Source of the DNA: Clostridia bacterium
GTDB lineage: Bacteria > Bacillota > Clostridia > Oscillospirales > Acutalibacteraceae
Reading direction: 5' to 3'
Length of the DNA stretch: 64,000 nucleotides
NCBI GenBank assembly: GCA_017428625.1
Contig: JAFRQM010000025.1
Location: forward strand, 12,988-76,987
The translations under genes were made by a program, and so were the position numbers. Each line of letters begins with the position of its first letter. The stretch's first letter is position 1. Of the stretch, positions 41,540-50,357 are shown in pieces. The notes beneath the pieces were generated by a model, which did no database searches, was not told the DNA's origin, and saw nothing but the letters and a program-made list of their open reading frames with translations.

Positions 41540-44500
41540 ATGGCAAGAAAAAAGCAGACCATGGACGGCAACAACGCTGCCGCGTATGTAAGTTACGCGT
41601 TTACTGAAGTTGCCGGCATCTACCCCATTACCCCTTCAAGCCCCATGGCGGATTATGTTGACCAGTGGAGCGCACAGGGCAAAAAGAACATTTTCGGCAC
41701 AACCGTAAAGGTAGCTGAAATGCAGTCCGAAGCAGGCGCGTCGGGCACTGTTCACGGCTCACTCGCGGCAGGCGCTCTCACCACCACCTACACCGCTTCG
41801 CAGGGCCTTCTTCTTATGATTCCCAACATGTATAAAATCGCGGGTGAACTTCTGCCCTGCGTTTTTCATGTTTCCGCCCGCACGGTCGCATCGCACGCTC
41901 TTAACATTTTCGGCGATCACTCAGACGTATATGCCTGCCGTCAGACAGGCTTCGCAATGCTCGCCGAAACCAACACACAGGAAGTTATGGACTTAGGCGC
42001 GGTAGCCCACCTTGCTTCCATCGAAAGCAGAGTTCCTTTCATCAACTTCTTTGACGGTTTCCGCACATCCCACGAAATTCAGAAAATTTCGCTCTGGGAT
42101 TATGAAGACCTCAAAGAGTTGTGCAATATGGACGCTGTTGAAGCGTTCCGCAAACGCGCTCTCAACCCCGAGCGTCCCGTAATGCGCGGCTCGCACGAAA
42201 ACGGCGACATCTTCTTCCAGCACCGCGAGGCCTGCAACAAATACTACGACGCAGTGCCCACTATTGTTGAAAGCTATATGGACAAAGTCAACGCCAAACT
42301 CGGCACTGACTACAAACTTTTCAACTACTACGGCGCTCCCGACGCGGAACGTGTTATTATCGCTATGGGCTCCATCTGCGATGTTGCTGAAGAAGTTATT
42401 GACTACCTCACCGCGAAGGGTGAAAAAGTCGGCCTTGTCAAAGTCCGCCTTTACCGTCCGTTCTCGGCTGAAAAACTTATTGAGGCAATCCCCGCAACAG
42501 CGAAGAAAATCGCTGTTCTTGACAGAACAAAAGAACCCGGCTCACTCGGCGAGCCCCTTTACCTTGATGTTGTTACCTCGCTTGCAAAAGCCGGCAAACT
42601 CATCCCCGTTATCGGCGGCCGTTACGGTCTCGGTTCAAAAGACACACCGCCCGCAAGCGTTTTCGCAGTTTATGACGAACTCAAGAAAGACGCCCCCAAG
42701 GCACAGTTCACAATCGGCATAAACGACGATGTTACCGGCCTTTCACTTGAAGAAACCGTTGCCCCCAACACAGCGGCGGAAGGCACAATCGAGTGCAAAT
42801 TCTGGGGTCTCGGCGGCGACGGCACGGTCGGCGCCAACAAAGACTCCATCAAGATTATCGGCGACCATACCGACAAATATGTTCAGGCGTATTTCCAGTA
42901 TGACTCAAAGAAAACAGGCGGCATTACAATAAGCCACCTGCGTTTCGGCGACAAGCCCATCAAGAGCCCCTATTATATCAACAAAGCAGACTTCGTAGCC
43001 TGCCACAACCCCTCATATGTTGAAAAAGGCTTCAAGATGGTAAACGATGTTAAACCCGGCGGCGTATTCCTTATCAACTGCCAGTGGAGCCCCGAAGAAC
43101 TCGGCACGAAGCTCAACGCGGAAGCGAAGAGAATCATTGCCAAAAACAATATTCAGCTCTACACAATCAACGCCATTGACCTTGCGGCACAGATAGGCCT
43201 CGGCAAGAGAACAAACACCGTTCTTCAGTCCGCTTTCTTCTCACTCGCAAACGTTCTTCCCAAAGAGGAAGCTATCGGCTATATGAAAGAAAAAGCCCAG
43301 AAGTTTATGAAGAAGGGCAAAGAAATTGTTGAAATGAACGAGAAAGCAATCGACGCGGGCGCTGACGCGCTTGTTAAGATTGATGTTCCCGCAGACTGGG
43401 CTGACGCGGTTGACGAAGCCGCAGCGGCAGTTGAGAACGGCCCCGAAAAACTCGTTAAACAGGTCAACAACATTATGAACCCCGTAGGCTGCATGAACGG
43501 CGACTCGCTGCCCGTTTCGGCATTTATGGACCATGTTGACGGCACATTTGAACAGGGCGCATCCGCTTATGAAAAGCGCGGCGTCGCGGTTACCGTTCCC
43601 GCCTGGGACGCTTCCACCTGCGCTCAGTGCAACAAGTGCGCATTCGTTTGCCCGCACGCAACAATCCGCCCCTTTGCCCTCAATGATGAAGAGGCTGCCG
43701 CCGCTCCCGCTCAGGCAGCACTCGCGGAAGGCAAAATCAAGGCAAAGGGTATGAAATACATTATGAGCGTTTCTCCCATGGATTGTATGGGATGCGGCGT
43801 ATGTATCGGCGTATGCCCGACAAACTCGCTCAAGATGGTTCCCAGAGAGACTCAGGACGACCAGCAGGAAGTTTTCGACTACATGGTAGCGAATGTTTCA
43901 GACAAGGGCATTGCAGGCACAGACGCCATAAGCAGCCAGTTCAGCAAACCGCTGCTTGAGTTCTCAGGCTCCTGCGCAGGCTGTGCGGAAACATCATACG
44001 CACGCCTTGTTACCCAGCTTTTCGGCGACAGAATGTATATCTCCAACGCTACAGGCTGTTCCTCAATCTGGGGCGGCCCCGCGGCAACATCACCCTACAC
44101 AGTCAACAAAGCAGGTCACGGCCCCGCATGGGCAAACTCCCTGTTTGAAGACAACGCCGAGCACGGCTACGGTATGTATCTCGGTCAGAACGCAATCCGA
44201 AACAGCCTCATTGAAAAAACAAAGGCTCTGCTTGAGGTTTACTGCACAGACGAAATCAAAGCCGCCGCAAACGAATACCTTGCCACTCTTGACGACGGCA
44301 AAGCAAACCAGGCCGCAACAGCCGCTTATGTTGCCGCTCTCGAAGACGGCATAGTTGAAGGCTGCACCTGCCCCGGCTGCACACTCGCGAGAGAAATCGT
44401 TGCTGAAAAAGAATACCTTGCAAAGAAGAGCATCTGGATCTTCGGCGGCGACGGCTGGGCTTATGACATCGGCTTCGGCGGCGTTGACCATGTTCTCGCA

Positions 44501-45091
44501 TCCGGCGAAGATGTAAACATTATGGTATTCGACACGGAAGTTTACTCCAACACAGGCGGTCAGGCATCCAAGGCCTCCAACATCGGTCAGGTCGCTCAGT
44601 TCGCCGCGGCAGGCAAAGCCGTTGCGAAGAAGAGCCTTGCCGAAATCGCAATGAGTTACGGCTATGTTTATGTTGCGCAGATAGCTATGGGCGCCGACAA
44701 CAACCAGACAATCAAAGCCATTACAGAGGCTGAGGCATATCACGGCCCGTCAATCATTATTGCATACGCACCCTGCGAGATGCACTCAATCAAGGGCGGC
44801 ATGGTCAACTGTCAGGCAGAGATGAAGAAGGCTGTTGCATGCGGTTACTGGAACATGTTCCGCTACAACCCCGCTCTCAAGGCGGAGGGCAAGAACCCCT
44901 TCATTATTGACAGCAAAGAGGCGACAACAAGCTACCGCGACTTCATTATGAACGAGGCGCGTTACTCCTCGCTCACACGCTCATTCCCCGAGCGCGCTGA
45001 GGAACTCTTCACAAAGGCAGAGCAGACAGCCGTTGAAAGATACGACCACCTGCTCCGTCTTAAAGACCTCTACGCTCCCAAGGGCGAATAA
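41540..45091 (+). CDS. nifJ: Pyruvate:ferredoxin (flavodoxin) oxidoreductase
   Basis: YPITPSS, GLGGDG, two ferredoxin CxxCxxC motifs, SCAGC, GGDGWAYDIG. Confidence 0.97.
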   Translation: MARKKQTMDGNNAAAYVSYAFTEVAGIYPITPSSPMADYVDQWSAQGKKNIFGTTVKVAEMQSEAGASGTVHGSLAAGALTTTYTASQGLLLMIPNMYKIAGELLPCVFHVSARTVASHALNIFGDHSDVYACRQTGFAMLAETNTQEVMDLGAVAHLASIESRVPFINFFDGFRTSHEIQKISLWDYEDLKELCNMDAVEAFRKRALNPERPVMRGSHENGDIFFQHREACNKYYDAVPTIVESYMDKVNAKLGTDYKLFNYYGAPDAERVIIAMGSICDVAEEVIDYLTAKGEKVGLVKVRLYRPFSAEKLIEAIPATAKKIAVLDRTKEPGSLGEPLYLDVVTSLAKAGKLIPVIGGRYGLGSKDTPPASVFAVYDELKKDAPKAQFTIGINDDVTGLSLEETVAPNTAAEGTIECKFWGLGGDGTVGANKDSIKIIGDHTDKYVQAYFQYDSKKTGGITISHLRFGDKPIKSPYYINKADFVACHNPSYVEKGFKMVNDVKPGGVFLINCQWSPEELGTKLNAEAKRIIAKNNIQLYTINAIDLAAQIGLGKRTNTVLQSAFFSLANVLPKEEAIGYMKEKAQKFMKKGKEIVEMNEKAIDAGADALVKIDVPADWADAVDEAAAAVENGPEKLVKQVNNIMNPVGCMNGDSLPVSAFMDHVDGTFEQGASAYEKRGVAVTVPAWDASTCAQCNKCAFVCPHATIRPFALNDEEAAAAPAQAALAEGKIKAKGMKYIMSVSPMDCMGCGVCIGVCPTNSLKMVPRETQDDQQEVFDYMVANVSDKGIAGTDAISSQFSKPLLEFSGSCAGCAETSYARLVTQLFGDRMYISNATGCSSIWGGPAATSPYTVNKAGHGPAWANSLFEDNAEHGYGMYLGQNAIRNSLIEKTKALLEVYCTDEIKAAANEYLATLDDGKANQAATAAYVAALEDGIVEGCTCPGCTLAREIVAEKEYLAKKSIWIFGGDGWAYDIGFGGVDHVLASGEDVNIMVFDTEVYSNTGGQASKASNIGQVAQFAAAGKAVAKKSLAEIAMSYGYVYVAQIAMGADNNQTIKAITEAEAYHGPSIIIAYAPCEMHSIKGGMVNCQAEMKKAVACGYWNMFRYNPALKAEGKNPFIIDSKEATTSYRDFIMNEARYSSLTRSFPERAEELFTKAEQTAVERYDHLLRLKDLYAPKGE

Positions 45092-45111
45092 TAAAACCGT
45101 ATAACAGTTTT

Positions 45112-45139
45112 ACCCCGCTGTGAAAACAGCGGGGTTTTT
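45112..45139 (+). terminator. Intrinsic terminator of nifJ
   Basis: ACCCCGCTG-6 nt-CAGCGGGGT-TTTT. Confidence 0.8.
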
Positions 45140-45173
45140 GATTGTCAGATATTGGATTTTCAAGTTTAGATGA

Positions 45174-45413
45174 CACCTCATCCGGTTTCGCGGGGCTCAA
45201 CCACCTTCTCCTCAAGGAGAAGGCTGTGGCGAAGCGCCGGTTGCCGCTCACTGCGGTGCGGGTTTAAAAGAACAATTGTAGGGAACGCATATATGCGTTC
45301 CGATGGGTTTGGGGTTTGTAACTGTTTTTCCCCTTCCGTCTTGTTCGCTTCGCTCACAATCCACCTCCCCCTTGGGGGGAGGCTATGGCGGAACGCCGGA
45401 CGGCGTTCCCTAC
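45174..45413. repeat. REP/BIME-like intergenic mosaic of palindromes
   Basis: GTAG-GGAACGCA-TATA-TGCGTTCC-G (45278-45302) and an inverted GTAG-GGAACGCC-GTCC-GGCGTTCC-G (45389-45413), plus two related CCACCT(T/C)..C-loop-G..AGG hairpins. Confidence 0.75.
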
Positions 45414-45513
45414 GGTTTGGATGGTAGATATTGGATGTTGGAATTTGGATTGAAAAAACCGGAGCAACCGCAAAACGCAATTGCTCCGAACGGTTTATTG
45501 TTTTATATCATAA

Positions 45514-46533
45514 TCAAAAAATATAATCGGGATATGTTATTTTGCCTGTCTGCGATGAATCGACTATGGCGCGGCAGACCTCGACTGTTTTTGCGCCCTC
45601 AACGGCATCGGTGGCGACTGGCGTGTTATTGACAACGGCATCGGCAAACACTTCAAACTCACGCGCGGCGTTGTGGTTGTTTACCGTTACATTGATAATC
45701 TGCGGTTCGTGAGCCATACCGTCTTCACCCGCCGTAAAAAGAGTCATTGACGGAGAGGTGTTGTCGCAGATAATTGTTCCTTTGGTGCCGTAAATCAGCG
45801 TTCTCATTGTGTAATCGCGCTTGCAGCCCGTTGAAACGAATATTTTGCCGGCGACATTTTCATCAAATTTCATAACCGCTATTGTGGCGTCGTCATAAGA
45901 GACGGTCGGCAGAAGTTTATGCATACCGTAAGCGAAAACTTCTTTCGGGTCTCCGACAAGCCAACGCAGAAGGTCAACCGCGTGGCAGCCGCCGCCGATA
46001 ACTCCGTGACGGTCGGGGTCGGCGCGCCAGGTGTCAACAAGATACATATAATCGTGTGCGTATTCCGATTCGGCAAAATAGATTTCGCCGATTACGCCTT
46101 CATCAATAAACTGTTTCGCTTTTTCAAAAGCGGGTGTGAAACGGCAAATCTGACCGACCATAAACTTTGAGCCGGACTCTTTTTCGGCGCGTATGATTTT
46201 TTCGCAGTCTTCTCTTTTCAAGGCGAGGGGTTTTTCGCACAGAACATTTTTACCGGCCCGGAGCAGGTCGCAGGAAATGTCGGCGTGCTGCCGGTCGGGA
46301 ACGGCTACGGTGACAATATCAATATCATCCCTGTTAATAATATCACAGTAATCGGTTATTCTTTTTTCTTCCGGAATACCGTATCTTTCGCCCGCGAAAT
46401 CAAGGTTTTCACGGTTGCAGTCGCATATTGCGGCAATCTCCGCCCCGTAAGCGAGAGCGCCCTCAATGTGCGACATACCGAATTTCAGACCGATATGAGC
46501 GGATTTAAGTTTTTTACTGCCGTTTGCTTGCAT
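45514..46533 (-). CDS. Gfo/Idh/MocA family oxidoreductase
   Basis: VLCEKPLA, GQICRF, GGGCHAVD. Confidence 0.9.
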   Translation of the reverse strand: MQANGSKKLKSAHIGLKFGMSHIEGALAYGAEIAAICDCNRENLDFAGERYGIPEEKRITDYCDIINRDDIDIVTVAVPDRQHADISCDLLRAGKNVLCEKPLALKREDCEKIIRAEKESGSKFMVGQICRFTPAFEKAKQFIDEGVIGEIYFAESEYAHDYMYLVDTWRADPDRHGVIGGGCHAVDLLRWLVGDPKEVFAYGMHKLLPTVSYDDATIAVMKFDENVAGKIFVSTGCKRDYTMRTLIYGTKGTIICDNTSPSMTLFTAGEDGMAHEPQIINVTVNNHNAAREFEVFADAVVNNTPVATDAVEGAKTVEVCRAIVDSSQTGKITYPDYIF

Positions 46534-46549
46534 ATTATCCTCCCGTAAA

Positions 46550-47254
46550 TCAGGTTATAAGGTCTTTTTCAAGATGGGATGTGTCGTTGATATTTCTGAA
46601 AACCACACTTCCGTAACCGTGTGTTCCTTTTTTGTAAAACACAACTTTTGTTACGCTTGTGTTGCAGAAGGAAATGTCAACATCATCGGGCAGGCTTTCT
46701 TTGAAGCCCAAAATATAAAACACCATATGAGTTATAAACCCTGCGTGCGACACAACGGCAACCTTTTGCCCGTTTTTGTATTGCGAAACGAGCATACCGA
46801 CAGCCCTTGCGGCGCGCTGCTGAATTACGGCATCGGTGTCGTTTTCGCTGCCCTCAATGAGACCGCCCGAAAAATCCGCGGACGGGCACGGCGCGACATA
46901 TTCGCAAAAGCTTTGCAGCGCCTCAAATGACGAGCCGCGGTAATATGTGGGCTGATGTATTTCGGAAAAAACGGGATTGACAAAAAGCGCTTTTTTGTCT
47001 TTCTGAAAATCAAGAACGCCTTTTGCAGTCTGAACGGCGCGGTTAAGGCAGCTTGAATACACGGCGTCAAGGTTTATTTCAGAGAATCTTTCGCCGAGCA
47101 GGCGCGCCTGACACAGGCCCTTTTCACTGAGCAAAGGGTCTTCTCTCATATTAAAATCCATAGCGTCTATCTGCTCCGGTGAAGCGGCGTTTGTAACCGA
47201 CTGAGCGTGGCGGATGAGATAAAGTTCAAGTTCAACAACATCTTTTTCAGACAT
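46550..47254 (-). CDS. Histidine phosphatase (PGAM-like) family protein
   Basis: LIRHAQS, YSSCLNRA.QT, VSHAG; alternative start at 47266. Confidence 0.88.
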   Translation of the reverse strand: MSEKDVVELELYLIRHAQSVTNAASPEQIDAMDFNMREDPLLSEKGLCQARLLGERFSEINLDAVYSSCLNRAVQTAKGVLDFQKDKKALFVNPVFSEIHQPTYYRGSSFEALQSFCEYVAPCPSADFSGGLIEGSENDTDAVIQQRAARAVGMLVSQYKNGQKVAVVSHAGFITHMVFYILGFKESLPDDVDISFCNTSVTKVVFYKKGTHGYGSVVFRNINDTSHLEKDLIT

Positions 47255-47378
47255 TTCAACACGCACCTTTCTTTATTATTATATCACGCGGCGCAAAGGA
47301 TATTCAATAGCGTTTGACAAACATACATCCGCAGTAGTAAAATTAATATTACAATATATTAATAGAGGAGTTGCGTTT

Positions 47379-48050
47379 ATGCAGTATCAGATTAAAGGCA
47401 ATCCGCTGCCTTATGTGGAAATCAACCTTGAACAGGGCGAGCAGATGAAATGCCAGCGCGGCGCCATGAGCTGGATGTCGGCGGGTATTGAAATGAATAC
47501 GCAGGGCGGCGGCTTTGGCAAAATGTTCTCAAAGGCGCTTACGGGTGAAGCGATGTTTGAAAACATTTACACCGCCCGCACCCCCGGATATATCGCTTTT
47601 GCGTCAAGCCTCCCCGGCAACATTCTGCCTGTGCCCATTGAGCCCGGAAAGGATGTTATATGCCAGAAATCCGCCTACCTTGCCGCGACAACGGGTGTTG
47701 ACATCTCGATTTTCTTCCACAAAAGGCTCGGCGCAGGCTTTTTCGGCGGAGAAGGTTTCATAATGCAGAGACTTTCGGGCAACGGCCTTGCGTTTGTTGA
47801 AATTGACGGCAGCGTTGAAATCAAAGAACTCGCTCCCGGCGAAACACTTTATATAGACACGGGTTACCTCGCGATGATGGACTCCACCTGCACAATGGAT
47901 ATTCAGACCGTCGGCAGCGTAAAGAACGCCCTTCTCGGCGGCGAGGGAATATTCAACACGGTGGTGCGCGGACCGGGCAAAGTTTATCTTCAGAGTATGC
48001 CGGTTGCAAAACTTTCGGCTTCGCTTTACATGCCGCAGACGGGCAAATAA
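47379..48050 (+). CDS. AIM24/TIGR00266 family protein
   Basis: GAMSWMS, FFGGEGFIMQRLSG.G, GEGIFNT...GPGKVYLQSMP. Confidence 0.88.
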   Translation: MQYQIKGNPLPYVEINLEQGEQMKCQRGAMSWMSAGIEMNTQGGGFGKMFSKALTGEAMFENIYTARTPGYIAFASSLPGNILPVPIEPGKDVICQKSAYLAATTGVDISIFFHKRLGAGFFGGEGFIMQRLSGNGLAFVEIDGSVEIKELAPGETLYIDTGYLAMMDSTCTMDIQTVGSVKNALLGGEGIFNTVVRGPGKVYLQSMPVAKLSASLYMPQTGK

Positions 48051-48209
48051 TTATAAAAACATTTTCGGCTTTACATATAACAGCTCGGTTGTAAAGTCCC
48101 AAAACCGTTGATATACAAGGGTTTTACAATCTAAAAACATACACACTTGCATTTTTTTATTTAATATGCTATAATTCAAAAAAATTAATTCTCCTTGGAG
48201 GGGATAAAA

Positions 48210-48455
48210 ATGCGGACAAGAAAACAGGCTTTGGGTGACAGAAACATTGTCGGCGCCAAAATTGAAGAACGCAGAAAGGCTATCGGAATGAAACAGAAGG
48301 ACCTTCTTGCTCAGCTTCAGGTAAACGGGATTGAACTCAACGCGTCGGGACTTTCCAAACTTGAAGGTCAAATTCGCAATGTTACCGACATTGAACTCAA
48401 AGCGTTCAGCAAAATTCTGGGCGTTTCGGTTGATGAACTGCTCGGCCTTAAATAA
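48210..48455 (+). CDS. XRE-family helix-turn-helix regulator
   Basis: NIVGAKIEERR...MKQKDLLAQLQ...LSKLEGQIR.VTDIEL; GGAGG RBS. Confidence 0.82.
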   Translation: MRTRKQALGDRNIVGAKIEERRKAIGMKQKDLLAQLQVNGIELNASGLSKLEGQIRNVTDIELKAFSKILGVSVDELLGLK

Positions 48456-48477
48456 CTGACCGTTATTAAAATCGTAG

Positions 48478-48504
48478 AACCCTGTCTTTTAAGGCAGGGT
48501 TTTT
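48478..48504 (+). terminator. Intrinsic terminator
   Basis: AACCCTGTC-6 nt-GGCAGGGTT-TTT. Confidence 0.7.
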
Positions 48505-48664
48505 GTTTTTGTTTTTTATTTTAACATTTTAAAAGTTAAAAAATTATTAAAACAGTTATTTTTCTGATTTAGAATAATAAGCGCCTGCTTTTATATTATA
48601 CTGTCAAAGAATACGGAATAAAAAACCTTTTTTTAAATACACGAAAAGAGAGGCAAACGGAAAA

Positions 48665-50239
48665 ATGAGAAAAATGAGTTTCAGAATTATCAGTGTTATG
48701 CTCTGCCTTGCGCTGCTGCTGGGTGCCGCCGCTCCCGCCGTATTTTCGCTTGACACGGAACATCTTACCGATGTTCCGATGATTTACATTCGCGGTCAGG
48801 GCCTTGACCTGGGTGTTAAACAGGATGACGGCAGTTGGGATAAAGTGTATCCGCTGACTGTTCCGAACGGCTTTGTCAAAAGCATGCTTACATCCGAAAA
48901 AATCACAAACTTTATAAAATGCTATTACACAAACAATTACGATTGGTTCTGCGACGCGCTTTATGAAGACCTGAAAGTTATATTCGATGATTTCAAACTT
49001 GACAACAACGGTAATGTCAGAGACGGCAGCAAGGCTGTTTCGGACTGGCACAAAACGCTCACCAAATCAACGGTAAACGGCAAATACCCTGTTGACAAAT
49101 TCGCTTTCACTTACGATTTTCGCCTTGACCCTTATGAGGTAGCGGATGAACTTCACGAATACATTGAAGCCGTGTGCGAACTCACCGGCCACGACAAAGT
49201 TGCCGTTTTGGGCAGGTGCCTCGGTGCCAATGAAATACTCGCTTATGTTGACAAATACGGCGACGACCGTTTTTCGGATATCATCCTTTACGCGAGCGCT
49301 CTTGAAGGCTGTGTCGAGATTTCGCACCTTTTTAACGGCGATGTTTATGTTGACAACAACGGCACGGTCCGTTTTGTTGACGACTATGACATAAACAAAT
49401 ACATAAACGACGAGCAGATTACGGAATTCATAAGAGCGTTTCTTCACGTTTACAATGCTGTCGGCGGCGTTAAACTCGCGCTCAACGAAGTTAACCGCGT
49501 TTACAAACTCGTCTGTGAGAATGTTGTGCCCCGCATTCTGAGAGACTCATACGGCACGATGCCCGGCTACTGGGCGATGATTGAGGACGAGTGCTATGAC
49601 TCGGCGAAAAAACTCGTTTTCGGCGGCGTTGAGGAAGAATGGTCGGGACTCATTGAAAAACTTGACAACTACCACAACAATGTGGCGCTTAAATCTGAAG
49701 AACTTCTGCAGAAGTGCGCTGACGATGGGGTAAATATTTATAACATTGAAAAATACGGTTTCGCGGCGTTCCCCGTAGTGAAAGACTGTGAAATGATCTG
49801 CGACAGCACCGTTAACCTCACACTTGCCAGCGAAGGCGCCACAACAGTTGATTCGTTCAAGAAAACATTCAGCAAGGATTATATGGCAAACGCCGAAAAG
49901 AACGGCACTGCAAAATATATTTCAGCCGACCGCCAGGTTGACGCATCAACCTGTATGTTCCCCGACACCACATGGTTTGTAAAGAACCTGAGACACAAGA
50001 CCTTCCCCGACAGTATGAACGCGCTTGTGGCCGAAATGGTAAACGCCGAAGGCACATTCACCGTGTTTGACAGTGAGGAATGGCCGCAGTTTATGGTGTT
50101 TGATGAGGAAGCTCAGACGGCTTCGCCGATGACCGAAGAAAACTGCGAAACCACCGACAGATGGAAGACAAACTTCTTTAAAAACCTGATAATTGTTTTC
50201 AAGAACCTGAGTTATGTTTTAAGCAAATTGTTCGGTTAA
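48665..50239 (+). CDS. Secreted alpha/beta hydrolase (LCAT/lipase-like) with Cys in the nucleophile elbow
   Basis: Signal peptide; YDFRLDP, then DKVAVLGRCLGA at the G-x-S-x-G position; CDSTV. Confidence 0.65.
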   Translation: MRKMSFRIISVMLCLALLLGAAAPAVFSLDTEHLTDVPMIYIRGQGLDLGVKQDDGSWDKVYPLTVPNGFVKSMLTSEKITNFIKCYYTNNYDWFCDALYEDLKVIFDDFKLDNNGNVRDGSKAVSDWHKTLTKSTVNGKYPVDKFAFTYDFRLDPYEVADELHEYIEAVCELTGHDKVAVLGRCLGANEILAYVDKYGDDRFSDIILYASALEGCVEISHLFNGDVYVDNNGTVRFVDDYDINKYINDEQITEFIRAFLHVYNAVGGVKLALNEVNRVYKLVCENVVPRILRDSYGTMPGYWAMIEDECYDSAKKLVFGGVEEEWSGLIEKLDNYHNNVALKSEELLQKCADDGVNIYNIEKYGFAAFPVVKDCEMICDSTVNLTLASEGATTVDSFKKTFSKDYMANAEKNGTAKYISADRQVDASTCMFPDTTWFVKNLRHKTFPDSMNALVAEMVNAEGTFTVFDSEEWPQFMVFDEEAQTASPMTEENCETTDRWKTNFFKNLIIVFKNLSYVLSKLFG

Positions 50240-50252
50240 AATAGAGCAGCAG

Positions 50253-50280
50253 ACTCCCCGCAAAAACTGCGGGGAGTTTT
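50253..50280 (+). terminator. Intrinsic terminator
   Basis: ACTCCCCGCA-5 nt-TGCGGGGAGT-TTT. Confidence 0.75.
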
Positions 50281-50357
50281 CTTATGAAAAAGAAAAACAA
50301 ATTTAATAAAAATGATGATTTTACAAAACGCCTGTGTTATAATAATAAAAGTTATGT

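Noticed and set aside
45174-45413. Possible CRISPR mini-array
   Set aside because: Units are inverted and heterogeneous, lack regular spacers, and have no cas genes nearby.
45060-45632. Several short ORFs (63-109 aa) between nifJ and the oxidoreductase
   Set aside because: They run through the terminator and REP-like palindromes and have no RBS or coding character.
48051-48371. 106-aa minus-strand ORF
   Set aside because: Antisense to the XRE gene and its promoter; no motif.
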